From: Bdellovibrionota bacterium
GTDB taxonomy: Bacteria; Bdellovibrionota; UBA1018; CAUJDS01
Assembly (NCBI GenBank): GCA_963169695.1
Contig: CAUJDS010000076.1
Coordinates: 14,452 to 46,451, forward strand
Length of the DNA: 32,000 nt
Direction of reading: 5' to 3'
Every line of letters starts with the position of its first letter. Within the stretch, counting starts at the first letter, position 1. The translations under genes and the position numbers were made by a program. Shown here piece after piece: positions 1 through 9,287 of the stretch. The notes beneath the pieces are model-generated. The model saw only the letters and a list, made by a program, of their open reading frames with translations. It ran no database searches and was not told where the DNA came from.

Positions 1-383
1 AAACCACGAAAGACCGCCGCTGATCGCTCGCCATTTGAATAAATGGATTCGTAGATGCGCTTCGCGAGACTTATATCACCCGCCGCCTCTAAGATTCTTG
101 CCTGCTTAACTAGGAACTCTGGGGTTTGCTCCTCTTTGATTGGTGGAGCGGGGGGCGTTGCACCAAAAGGACGAGTAATAGGCTCGTTGGGAGCTACCGA
201 CACAAAATACCATTGCGCGCCCGCGGTCTGATCAGAATCAAACTCTTCCATCAGCTCCTCAAGATTTTTCATCCGTGATGACCGGCTACCTGCGCCATCT
301 ACTTCGATGACTTCAGCGCGATACCTTCCTTTTTTCTCTAAACTGTCTGCAATCATCCGGCGAATTTCTGAATTTTCTGACAT
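1..383 (-). CDS. Partial hypothetical protein, 3' end truncated by window edge; begins MSENSEIRRMIADSLEKKGRYRAEVIEV and contains a TPR-like stretch (EFLVKQARILEAAGDISLAKRIYESI)
   Basis: Open frame from ATG (complement 381-383) to the window edge; start overlaps the stop of the upstream gene (TAATG), indicating translational coupling. Confidence 0.6.
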   Translation of the reverse strand, partial: MSENSEIRRMIADSLEKKGRYRAEVIEVDGAGSRSSRMKNLEELMEEFDSDQTAGAQWYFVSVAPNEPITRPFGATPPAPPIKEEQTPEFLVKQARILEAAGDISLAKRIYESIYSNGERSAAVFRG

Positions 384-802
384 TAGTACCTCCGGTCGAA
401 TTCGTGACCCGAGTGGTCTACATGACTCTTGAATCTTCCCAATTTCTCGCGTGTTTCGTGATCCCGATTGAGATCGATTTGAATCTGCTTGAGCTCCGTG
501 CCTAAGACGTCAAATAGTCGCTGGTCGCTCTTACGAATTTTTGTGAGCAGATCCGTCCGATTCTTAAGGTAAGCGGTCCAAACCCATTGCTCAGAAAAGC
601 GGATATCTCGCTGAGCTATCTGGCCTTTAATGTGCTGATCCAACGCATCAAGCGTCTTAAGGGTGCACTCTCTACGTTTCATCAAGCGTGCCATCGCTTC
701 TTCATCTTGAAGTGCGGTTTCTTGTTTGAGATATTTTTCAGTCGTGTCTAAGAATTTTTCAAAACATTTTAATTGAAACTGAAGAAGTTCTTCCAAATTC
801 AT
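383..802 (-). CDS. FliT/FlgN-like small alpha-helical flagellar chaperone candidate
   Basis: About 139 aa helical, charged protein immediately downstream of fliS; start taken at the internal Met (MNLEELLQFQ), just past the fliS stop; assignment mainly by context. Confidence 0.4.
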   Translation of the reverse strand: MNLEELLQFQLKCFEKFLDTTEKYLKQETALQDEEAMARLMKRRECTLKTLDALDQHIKGQIAQRDIRFSEQWVWTAYLKNRTDLLTKIRKSDQRLFDVLGTELKQIQIDLNRDHETREKLGRFKSHVDHSGHEFDRRY

Positions 803-804
803 CG

Positions 805-1191
805 CTATTTCTTCCTCTCTTGTCCAATTTTCTCGACAGCTCCGCGCCAACCTTCAAGGAGGTTCTCAAGGATTTTCTGAACCTCTTTCAACTTCTTGTC
901 TGAGTTTTGGATATTGGCATCAATGAGATGGCGAACGATAAAATTATAGAGTTGCTCCAAGTCTGCGGCGACCTTTCCACCTGCTTCGAAGTTCAATGAA
1001 GTGTGCAGTTCCACTATAATGTCGTGGACTTTTCCAATCGCAATTCCTTTTTCATTCAGGTTTTTTTCTTCTAACGCACTAATGGCTTTCTTGGTGTGTT
1101 TCACGGCAGCTTCATAGAGCATGATAAGGACCTGCTCACGCGAGGCAGTTGTAATGGAAGTTTTTTTGTACTGATTTGCTCCAAAACTCAT
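805..1191 (-). CDS. fliS: Flagellar export chaperone FliS
   Basis: Start MSFGANQYKKTSITTASREQVLIMLYEAAVKHTKKAI and later LNFEAGGKVAADLEQLYNFIVRHLIDAN match FliS; adjacent to fliD. Confidence 0.92.
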   Translation of the reverse strand: MSFGANQYKKTSITTASREQVLIMLYEAAVKHTKKAISALEEKNLNEKGIAIGKVHDIIVELHTSLNFEAGGKVAADLEQLYNFIVRHLIDANIQNSDKKLKEVQKILENLLEGWRGAVEKIGQERKK

Positions 1192-1206
1192 TTAGCTTTT
1201 CCCTTC

Positions 1207-2616
1207 TTAGCCACCTGATGCCAATAGATTTTCGACCATGCTTCCGCCACCACCACCACCGCCTAGGGCCGCTAAGGATGCTTGCTGGCTTTGCATGGAA
1301 CCAATGGTTCCTTGTAATCTTGAAAATTTATCTCGGAGTGACTTAGACTTCATGTCGATAAGACGTTCTTTGTTTTCAATATTCTTATCTATCGATTCGA
1401 TACGGCTACGCAGGCCTTTTTCACGCATCGCTAGGAATCCGTCTCCTCCCCGCGTATAGGGAGTAATGACTGCCTTGAGCTGGGCGACGAATCCATTTTC
1501 CCCCGTGATGGCTTCGGATAGCCCTGAAAAGTCATCCTCGAGAGCCTTTTGAAATTTCTTCTCATCAATCTTCAACAATCCTTCACGATTGAACTCAATT
1601 CCGGCTTGATTGAGGTGAACCAGACGGTAGTCTTCGCCGTTATTAAAATAGACCGGAAATGCCTCGTGCATCAAATTTCGGAGACGGTATTCAACTGTTT
1701 GAATTCCCGTATCTCCGGTAAACATAACTCGTGTGTTGGAGGATTCATCTACGCTGTTCTGAGCTTTGATGAATTTGAGAACTTCATTGATACTATCGAC
1801 GGTGCCTTTAAATTTTTGAGATACTTTTTCGTAGTCGACTGAAATATTGAGCATGAAAGGCTTATCAGGCCGTGCTTGTTTTATTTTGAAATTAACCCCG
1901 GTGAAGAAGTCTTTGACTTCGTTTCCCGGCGCATCAATCTCAAATCCATCAACTTTTAGGTAAGCATTTTGGGCGTCTTTTGAATCATCGACGTAGAAGT
2001 CAATCCCACCATCTAAGAAATAGAACTCTGGGAGATCGATATTATTTTGTTCTCCTTCGGCCTTCGATTTCACAATCAGGCGCCAAGGTTCGTCCGGAGT
2101 GTAGGCATCATAGACCACTTCAGCACTGATGGGGGAGTCCTTCTGCTTGTTAATCTCCTCAGCCACTCCGTGCAGGCTAGATCGATCGCTGTCGATAAAG
2201 ACTTCGTACCGTTCTCCGTCGGGCTTGTATGAAACTAGGTACCCTGCGCCCAACGTGGCTTCATCGGCACTGCTAAAGCTATTAGAAATAAGAGAGGATC
2301 GATTGGCCAATTCATCGATTTGGATTTGATAGCTTCCAGGCTGGGCTTTGCTCTTGTCGATTGTAATATCTAACAAGTCCTTGGCATCACCTAAGTCGGC
2401 CTTAAGCTCGCGAAACTGCTCTAACGAAGACATGGAATCCAGGGCAGTAGCTAAGCCCGTAAATTTGGTCTTAAAAGCCTGAAAGGTCTTGAGCTTTTCA
2501 TTCTGCTCTGCTTTGCGAGCTTCAAGTTGGCGTATGGGTTCACGCTCTGCTTGAATAAGCTGATCCACAACACGCTTAAACTGCCCCCCACCTACGGGGT
2601 CAAATCGTAAACCCAT
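1207..2616 (-). CDS. fliD: Flagellar hook-associated protein 2 (filament cap) FliD
   Basis: 469 aa, N-terminal MGLRFDPVGGGQFKRVVDQLIQAEREPIRQLEARKAEQ pattern, C-terminal coiled region IDKNIENKERLIDMKSKSLRDKFSRLQGTIGSMQSQQASLAAL; located next to fliS. Confidence 0.92.
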   Translation of the reverse strand: MGLRFDPVGGGQFKRVVDQLIQAEREPIRQLEARKAEQNEKLKTFQAFKTKFTGLATALDSMSSLEQFRELKADLGDAKDLLDITIDKSKAQPGSYQIQIDELANRSSLISNSFSSADEATLGAGYLVSYKPDGERYEVFIDSDRSSLHGVAEEINKQKDSPISAEVVYDAYTPDEPWRLIVKSKAEGEQNNIDLPEFYFLDGGIDFYVDDSKDAQNAYLKVDGFEIDAPGNEVKDFFTGVNFKIKQARPDKPFMLNISVDYEKVSQKFKGTVDSINEVLKFIKAQNSVDESSNTRVMFTGDTGIQTVEYRLRNLMHEAFPVYFNNGEDYRLVHLNQAGIEFNREGLLKIDEKKFQKALEDDFSGLSEAITGENGFVAQLKAVITPYTRGGDGFLAMREKGLRSRIESIDKNIENKERLIDMKSKSLRDKFSRLQGTIGSMQSQQASLAALGGGGGGGSMVENLLASGG

Positions 2617-2627
2617 CCCTCACTCCA

Positions 2628-3419
2628 TTATGAGAGAGGGGGCTCCTTTATCCAAGCGGCAGAAATTTCCGAGTGCAGTGGGGAATGAAGGGACTTTCTT
2701 GCAAGAACTCCTGTCGATTCGCTCCAAAGAAGGTAGGACCCATGAATAGGAGGATACCCCATATTCTTGTAATGACCTTCCCGGCTGCCAACTGCAAAAC
2801 TCATCTCGTCAAGATCATGACAATGGCCCAGAATCACATAGTCAAATCCACGCGTAATTTTTTCCACGGCAAAGTTTCTATAAACTCGGCGTAACCTCGA
2901 AACATCCTTTGGCACCGGGCCTTGCCGAGAATCACTACTCTTAGTTTTGAGGCGGTCACCAATCCATTGAATCCACGATTTGGGTGCAGCTCTTGAAAAA
3001 ATGCGCAGTGGCCAAGATCGAAGGATCCATCGCAATGCGAGATAACCATAATCAGTGCGATCTACTAGATCTCCGTGGGCTATGTAGAAATTCTTGCCGC
3101 CCATTCCTAATTCGACAGATTCCGTACGTACTCGAACCCCTGATCCATGAGGAAAGACGCGATTCATATAAAGGTCATGATTGCCTTCAATAAAATCAAT
3201 CTGAATTCCTTTTTGAACCAAAGCACGGAGGTTCTGAAGAAACCCTTGATGCTCCACCCTAAACGGAGTGCGGTTTCCTATATAAAGGTCGAAGATGTCT
3301 CCCGCCAAGACCAACCGATCACCAGGTTGAAGGTAGGGAAGGAGGTTCAATTCCAACCGCTCCAGAAGAGGATCTCGCCTGGACTTTAAATGTAGGTCGG
3401 ACAGAATGATCAACTTCAT
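2628..3419 (-). CDS. LpxH/YbbF-like calcineurin-type metallophosphoesterase (UDP-2,3-diacylglucosamine diphosphatase family)
   Basis: Motifs LSDLHL, AGDIFDLYIG, EGNHDLYM, IAHGD, ILGHCHDLDE. Confidence 0.75.
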   Translation of the reverse strand: MKLIILSDLHLKSRRDPLLERLELNLLPYLQPGDRLVLAGDIFDLYIGNRTPFRVEHQGFLQNLRALVQKGIQIDFIEGNHDLYMNRVFPHGSGVRVRTESVELGMGGKNFYIAHGDLVDRTDYGYLALRWILRSWPLRIFSRAAPKSWIQWIGDRLKTKSSDSRQGPVPKDVSRLRRVYRNFAVEKITRGFDYVILGHCHDLDEMSFAVGSREGHYKNMGYPPIHGSYLLWSESTGVLARKSLHSPLHSEISAAWIKEPPLS

Positions 3420-3442
3420 TTATTGAAGGAGTCTTATCGATT

Positions 3443-3820
3443 CTAAAGTTTTTGATCAAGAATTTTTCCGGTGCCGCTCTTGGTTGTCACCGCTTTGCGA
3501 AGTTCTAAGAACTCTTCTCCCGTCCATTGCCTTATAACCGCACCAGAGCCGTCTTTCAGAACGACACGCAGCCCCGGACCGGATCCTTTGGACTCAGCGA
3601 CGAGCCCTTTGCGGTCTGCTTCAATCTCACGGCGAAACCCTTCCATTGCTGAAAGGACACCTTCGTCTGTAACCTGAATGGGCTCCTTGCGACCTTCTTT
3701 TTCGTCCTCACGCTTCTCATGATGATCAGGACTTTGACGAGAAAATCCCTCATCGCCAGCGTCGGCCTTTTCATTAACTTTTGGAAAGTAGGGCTCACTT
3801 GCCACAGACCGGATCTTCAT
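3443..3820 (-). CDS. FlaG-like flagellar protein
   Basis: 125 aa with C-terminal LRVVLKDGSGAVIRQWTGEEFLELRKAV resembling the FlaG 'V.D..tGEVIRQIP.EE.L' motif; first gene of the fliD operon. Confidence 0.5.
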   Translation of the reverse strand: MKIRSVASEPYFPKVNEKADAGDEGFSRQSPDHHEKREDEKEGRKEPIQVTDEGVLSAMEGFRREIEADRKGLVAESKGSGPGLRVVLKDGSGAVIRQWTGEEFLELRKAVTTKSGTGKILDQKL

Positions 3821-3842
3821 GAATCACTCGGCTCCTACAAAC

Positions 3843-3869
3843 CTATCGGAGAGAGCAATACTGCGCTTA
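3843..3869 (-). promoter_or_regulatory. Sigma-28 (FliA)-like promoter for the flaG-like/lpxH-like/fliD/fliS operon
   Basis: On the minus strand TAAG-N15-TCCGATAG compared with consensus TAAA-N15-GCCGATAA; 23 nt upstream of the first start codon. Confidence 0.5.
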
Positions 3870-3945
3870 AATGCCAAAGCGATTTATCACACCTAACTTC
3901 ATTAACTATCTGGCTGGTCAAGAAATTGACTGAGGTCGAATCCAA

Positions 3946-5058
3946 CTAGTTCGCAGGTGCAACCGCGACTGAAGCCGAGAGATTGGCCTCAATTGCAAAA
4001 AACTTAGCGCGTATTCTTCGAGCTCCGCCGAGCACCAAAAATTGATAATCCAACTCGTTGCCTTCCTGCAGACGATACTTAGATTCAAACTGAAGGGCTG
4101 CCCAATAGAGTGCCAAAATTTCTTCGCTAGGGCGCCAACCAGTCGGCCGGCCTGGCATGCGAAGTACGGGGTGGTTTCGAAGACCCTCCAATATTTGATC
4201 TGAATTCTCCAAGGTCTGACCGAGCACATGGGCCAAAGCTTCTCGAATTGGCTTTTCGAATTCGGCGGGCGGGTTGCCATACAGAAGCGCGGTTGCAAAA
4301 GACGCGATCTCTTTAGATGACGGCATAGTCGTAACTTGTGATTGCTGAGATTGATAACGCTTCAGCACTCTCAAAAGGAGCAAAAGACTTTGGTCCGTTT
4401 CTTTCTGCATTTCAGCAATCTGTGGACCTGCTGGATAGAGAGAAAATTGATACTGGGAAAAAGGTGCTGGAGCGTTGAAGATTCCACCGTTGTGGTCCAT
4501 AGAGAATCTCAATTCGGTGGAAGTATTAATCACCCTGTTAAACAACATACCCTGAGCATTGAGATTCTTCTCTGAGTCCTCCACGATTTTCCAATCCTTG
4601 AGGGCTTCATCTTTACGAACGATTTGCTGAGTCTTTTGAATTTGCTCGAGCAACTGCCTAGCCTTCATGGACTGTGCTGCCATATCCGTAAGCGTAACAA
4701 GTTTACCTTTATCTCGACCCTTGCGTGATCGGTATTCGTAATAGCCGCCCTTTTTGGATTGAACGAGGTCATCGGCTTCATCAGCCAATCGCTCAAGTTG
4801 CTGGCTGGTTTCTTCAATCTGAGCAATCGAATCCGAACTCCACTTTTCTTCCAAATGACCTTCGTCCAAAACCGCGGGGCCATCTTTGACTTTTGCAGGT
4901 AGGAAGCGAATGCCCTTATCCTCAAGACTCTTTAGAACCGTCCGGTACTGACTAACTTCGTAATCTTCTTGTTTTGTATCGTAATTAAATTTATCGCAGG
5001 CCACGGCCGCCAAGAGCAGGCCCCCAAGAGCGATGGTAGGTTTAAATTTTAAAAGCAT
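3946..5058 (-). CDS. Putative lipoprotein of unknown function
   Basis: 370 aa, signal peptide with lipobox-like LLLAAVAC, then soluble helical sequence. Confidence 0.6.
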   Translation of the reverse strand: MLLKFKPTIALGGLLLAAVACDKFNYDTKQEDYEVSQYRTVLKSLEDKGIRFLPAKVKDGPAVLDEGHLEEKWSSDSIAQIEETSQQLERLADEADDLVQSKKGGYYEYRSRKGRDKGKLVTLTDMAAQSMKARQLLEQIQKTQQIVRKDEALKDWKIVEDSEKNLNAQGMLFNRVINTSTELRFSMDHNGGIFNAPAPFSQYQFSLYPAGPQIAEMQKETDQSLLLLLRVLKRYQSQQSQVTTMPSSKEIASFATALLYGNPPAEFEKPIREALAHVLGQTLENSDQILEGLRNHPVLRMPGRPTGWRPSEEILALYWAALQFESKYRLQEGNELDYQFLVLGGARRIRAKFFAIEANLSASVAVAPAN

Positions 5059-5237
5059 AATAAAATCCTTAACTTATATCCAAGCACCAGTATTCCCGAC
5101 AAAAACAGTCTTATAACAAGATTCTCGCAGTGAGTCCAGAATTTTCTGGCTTCCTCGAAGTCCCGAATCCATTGAGTTTTATACCATACTAAAATTGACC
5201 GTTATTTACAGTTGTGCTAAGCAAAGCCGAGGTCCAA

Positions 5238-8174
5238 ATGAGCCGCTACTTAAAAAACTGTCTCACCGCCCTCCTTCTCAGCTTGGTTTTGAACGCTGGC
5301 AATGCAACGTCAGCCCACGCAGTTCCTTTTGACGAAGGATTCTACTCTTTTTGGGAAGAAGCACTTCCTCTGGATAAGATTCAATCCAAATACGGCATTG
5401 CTATATCTCGAGAAGCACTCGCCAAAGCCGGCTCCTCGATAGTCAAATTTCAGATCCCTTCACTACCGGGATACTCAACCGGTAGCTTTGTTTCTTCCCA
5501 AGGATTGATCATCACCCATTCTGCAATGGCTGAGCTTTGCCTGCAGGGGTATCAAGAAAAGCACGCGAACTTTAAAATTTCAGAAGAAGGTTTTTTTGCC
5601 AAGCACCTCACAGAAGAAGTTCCTTGCCCTGGCATGGTAGTGACTCGCGTGCACGCTGAATCCGATGTGACCAACGAGATCGAATCAACTTTCGAAATCT
5701 TTCGCAGCCTTATTTCTCGACCCATGTATGGTCCTCCCAATCCACATCCCACCTCTCCTTGGGATGACGATGTGGACTGGCAGGCTTTTCAATTCGACGA
5801 GCCGCAACTTCCACTGGACTCAGCTCAAAGTAATCCTGTCATTGGACCTCTGCTGCCCAAGGATGCCCCGAAAAAGGTATCCCCGCTCAGTGTGATGGTT
5901 TCTCACATCGGCATGGAGGACTATATTGACGTCCTTCTCTCGGATGAATACTCTGCCCTTCCAGAATCTGGATTGGATCCAGCGATGGCCGAAGACGTAA
6001 AAATACTCAAAGAAATGTCGGGTGCTTTGAAAAGTGGCCAATTTGATGTTGATCTCGAAGCTGAAGGAGCCTATCAGGCAGCTCTGTATAAGGACCAGGT
6101 AAAGAAGACACTGCTCGGCCAACCCAGCGCAGTAACTGCAATTCACAAGGCCTTTGAGTTAATTCTGAACTGCGAAGGAATCGAACCTTCCAAATGGAAT
6201 CCCACTCAGTATTGGGATGAATTCACGGCACAGACTGAGCACTGCCAGCTGAAACGATACAAAGACAGCATGGGAAATCGCAACTTTGCGATCGTTAAGT
6301 ACGACACGCTTCGTGATATCCGACTGGTCGCAGTACCGTCACCCGGAGCATTAGCATTGAGCAAAAAAGTACCACCAGGAACCGTGCCGGCTATTCGAAT
6401 GGATTTCTCTATTTTTCGAGCCTACGGAATGGAGAATGGCCTTCTACCGAACGTTCGAATGGGAGAAAGCCTTGGCACACTCAAAGAGGTGGCAACCCTT
6501 GGGTCCATCAACAGCGTCCTGACTCCAAATGAATCCAATCGACCCTTGAATTCCTCAGAGTTCTTTCTCCCTCCGCAGTTTGATTCCAAAATGGAGGAAG
6601 GAAATTTTTCGATGACCCTAGGGCATCCTATGGAATTTGATCGTCAAAAAAATTACTTTCAATTTAAAATTCTGGTGGAATCCAAAATTCCGGCCGCGCT
6701 AGGAAACGTAGAAGCCATGATTCCAAGCTTACGAGCCAAAGTCTATGAACTTGCAAGTGACCCGAGTCCTAAAGGTAAAAAGCTCTACCAGGAAGCGCTC
6801 GCTGCCTATCAAAGCAATTTGAAATTTCGCGATGCCTACCAAGCACTTGCCAAAGAACTCGTTCAACCGAATTATCTCGAACGCAGGAATGAACTCATTC
6901 AAGAAATTAAGTTAGCAGCTGAAAAGAACCCAGAAGATGCTCAGGCGAAGACTACCTTGGAACAAGTAAAAAAGGCTCAGGACCTCACCGAAGAGTATCA
7001 AAAGATTTATCCCTTCTACTTTCTTGTTTTTGAGTGGCTAAATAGCGGCGTGGTCCAACCCATCAATACCTTATTGGACGTTCAGGAACAAATTGCGGCT
7101 ATTTCCAACAAACTCAAATCTGACGAAGATCGAGATGAACTTCTGAGGACCATTCTCCCAAAATTTTCCAAAATAAAATCTGCCCTCTTGGGCATTCCCC
7201 TTGCGTCTTACAAACAGGTCATCAGTCAGAAACTTCTTAGCTCCATCCTCGTGATGGCCAGAAAGAAAGAAGTCCCCGTCTTTACCGAACACTTCAAGCC
7301 ACAGGAGGGTATTGAGGTAGTGGCTATTGCTCATGACTTGTTGAATGTGTACCCAATATTACAAATCGACACCTACCCCGATATAGAATTGATGTCTGAG
7401 AAATGGCAGCCAATTTCTCCAAAAGCCAAAGAGCTCGTTTCCTTGATCCGCCAGATCAGGAGAATTTTTACAGCTATTGACACTAAAATGAAGAAAATCG
7501 CAAAGGAGCTCGGGAGTCTCAGCGAGGAACTGCGAGTAGTTGATAGGTATGGAATTATTGAGACGTCGGTACCTAATCGATTGCCACGATTTAGTTATGG
7601 AACGATTCGTGGGACGGAATCCACCCCAGCAGTAATGAAGGCATCTTACCTCAAGGAGAATGCGATTGCCTTTGCTCCCCTCAAATCTGCAGAGAGGTCT
7701 CTCGCTAGAGACCTCATTGAAAAATTGGGAGAAACTCCTTACTTGTTTCAATCGGATGCCGATACGCTGACCGGTTTTGATTTTCCGGATCTTGGAATTG
7801 AGCACGAGTACTACTACCCTGGAGGTATGGCACTTGTGGATGAGCACTTCCGGTGGCATGGACTTCAAGTAGATACGAACAGTGAAGCAAGGGCCAATGT
7901 GTTTGAATATAGCGGTGATCAATCTGCGAGGGCTATTGTATTGAGTGCAAATGCAATCATGGGGTATTTGGACCTCAATGCAGACGCAAAAAGATTGAAG
8001 GAAGAACTAACTTATTCCACCAAGGGAAGAGGTTACTTTGAGTCTACAGAGAGTGGAAAATCTGAATGGTGCCTTTTGGAAACTCCTAAGATAACAGGTC
8101 AAGAGAATAAGAAAAATCAGAACTCCTCAGGGAAGAGCTCTGACTGCAGTACCGATTTAATCAAAATAAAGTAG
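5238..8174 (+). CDS. S46 (DPP7/DPP11)-family peptidase-like protein, possibly catalytically inactive
   Basis: Signal peptide; YSTGSFVSSQGLIITHSAMAELCLQGYQEKH...EGFFAKHLTEEVPCPGMVVTRV matches the S46 N-terminal pattern; FSMTLGHPMEFDR; ATG at 5238 follows an AGG-containing RBS (the track start at 5214 is a GTG). Confidence 0.65.
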   Translation: MSRYLKNCLTALLLSLVLNAGNATSAHAVPFDEGFYSFWEEALPLDKIQSKYGIAISREALAKAGSSIVKFQIPSLPGYSTGSFVSSQGLIITHSAMAELCLQGYQEKHANFKISEEGFFAKHLTEEVPCPGMVVTRVHAESDVTNEIESTFEIFRSLISRPMYGPPNPHPTSPWDDDVDWQAFQFDEPQLPLDSAQSNPVIGPLLPKDAPKKVSPLSVMVSHIGMEDYIDVLLSDEYSALPESGLDPAMAEDVKILKEMSGALKSGQFDVDLEAEGAYQAALYKDQVKKTLLGQPSAVTAIHKAFELILNCEGIEPSKWNPTQYWDEFTAQTEHCQLKRYKDSMGNRNFAIVKYDTLRDIRLVAVPSPGALALSKKVPPGTVPAIRMDFSIFRAYGMENGLLPNVRMGESLGTLKEVATLGSINSVLTPNESNRPLNSSEFFLPPQFDSKMEEGNFSMTLGHPMEFDRQKNYFQFKILVESKIPAALGNVEAMIPSLRAKVYELASDPSPKGKKLYQEALAAYQSNLKFRDAYQALAKELVQPNYLERRNELIQEIKLAAEKNPEDAQAKTTLEQVKKAQDLTEEYQKIYPFYFLVFEWLNSGVVQPINTLLDVQEQIAAISNKLKSDEDRDELLRTILPKFSKIKSALLGIPLASYKQVISQKLLSSILVMARKKEVPVFTEHFKPQEGIEVVAIAHDLLNVYPILQIDTYPDIELMSEKWQPISPKAKELVSLIRQIRRIFTAIDTKMKKIAKELGSLSEELRVVDRYGIIETSVPNRLPRFSYGTIRGTESTPAVMKASYLKENAIAFAPLKSAERSLARDLIEKLGETPYLFQSDADTLTGFDFPDLGIEHEYYYPGGMALVDEHFRWHGLQVDTNSEARANVFEYSGDQSARAIVLSANAIMGYLDLNADAKRLKEELTYSTKGRGYFESTESGKSEWCLLETPKITGQENKKNQNSSGKSSDCSTDLIKIK

Positions 8175-8186
8175 GTAAAATAAGTT

Positions 8187-8219
8187 CCCCCTCCAAGGCC
8201 TCGGCAACCTTGAAGGGGG
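8187..8219 (-). terminator. Hairpin terminator between convergent S46-like and flagellin genes, possibly bidirectional
   Basis: CCCCCTCCAAGG (8187-8198) / CCTTGAAGGGGG (8208-8219), 12-bp stem with one mismatch, 9-nt loop; followed on the minus strand by AACTTATTTTA. Confidence 0.65.
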
Positions 8220-8274
8220 TGGGCTTAAGGCATCACACAGGCACAATTGCCTATGAGATTTGAGCGCAACTTAT

Positions 8275-9102
8275 TTAGAGCAATTGCAACGCTTTATTAG
8301 GCGCTGAATTTGCTTGAGCTAGAACGGAGATTCCTGCGTGGCTCAGAATGTTCTCACGAGTGAGTTCTGAGGTTGCAAGAGCGATGTCCGTGTCTGCAAT
8401 TCGGCTGCGAGCTTGAGACTGCATTTCTTGAGAAATTCTCAAGTTATTGACCGATGATTGCAGCTTATTCTGCATGGCTCCAAGGTTAGCTCGACCGGCA
8501 TTGAGCCTGTCGAACGCCTTGTCCACTGATTCGAGCATCTCTCTAGCTGAATCCTTAGATTCGGTAGAGGCACCATTGATTCCCAATGTATCCGTGCTGA
8601 GATCGTTCTCGCTGACTTTGAATACGACGCGAGACTCTTCACCCGATCGGATACCAACTTGGAACTCAAGGTCCTTGCCGCCACTGCTAAGCAGAGGAGT
8701 ACCGTTGAATTCTGTAACTTTTGCTATGCGATCTACTTCATCCTTCAAAGACTGAACTTCTTTGTCGATGAAACCTCGCTCGGTGTCGCCAATGGTGTCC
8801 GAAGCAGCTTGAATCGCAAGTTCGCGCATACGAACGAGGATGTTGCTAGCTTCAAACATTCCACCTTCTGCTACTTGCACGAGAGAAATGCCGTCATTCG
8901 CATTTCTTTCTGCTTGAGCAGTGGATCGCAACTGAGCACGCATGTTTTCACTAATGGACAAGCCTGCGGCATCGTCACCAGCATTGATGATTCGATTTCC
9001 TGAGGCAATTCTTTGATATTGCTTCGATTGCTTTTCACCCGTAGACGCCAATTGTCTTTGAGTTGCCAGCGAAGCGGTATTGGTCGCTATTCTTAAGCCC
9101 AT
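8275..9102 (-). CDS. fliC: Flagellin
   Basis: MGLRIATNTASLATQRQL...QRIASGNRIINAGDDAAGLSISENMRAQLRS; NDGISLVQVAEGGMFEASNILVRMRELAIQAASDT; C-terminal SRIADTDIALATSELTRENIL. Confidence 0.97.
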   Translation of the reverse strand: MGLRIATNTASLATQRQLASTGEKQSKQYQRIASGNRIINAGDDAAGLSISENMRAQLRSTAQAERNANDGISLVQVAEGGMFEASNILVRMRELAIQAASDTIGDTERGFIDKEVQSLKDEVDRIAKVTEFNGTPLLSSGGKDLEFQVGIRSGEESRVVFKVSENDLSTDTLGINGASTESKDSAREMLESVDKAFDRLNAGRANLGAMQNKLQSSVNNLRISQEMQSQARSRIADTDIALATSELTRENILSHAGISVLAQANSAPNKALQLL

Positions 9103-9262
9103 GATGGCTACTCCTTAATTAAGCGCGGGTAGTCCTTGAGTCCATGCTCACCAGGAACTGGCGAAGCTGCACGCAGAGCCGCCCGAGCTGTTTAAAGTAA
9201 TCCGTCTGTGTTGGGGTTCAAATGAGCTGCGCAGGATGGCGCCTTGGTGGGTGCCGACTTTC

Positions 9263-9287
9263 CGACCCCTTCCAACAAAAGGGGTCG
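9263..9287 (-). other. Perfect hairpin inside the predicted flagellin leader
   Basis: CGACCCCTT (9263-9271), 7-nt loop, AAGGGGTCG (9279-9287); no T-run follows on either strand. Confidence 0.6.
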
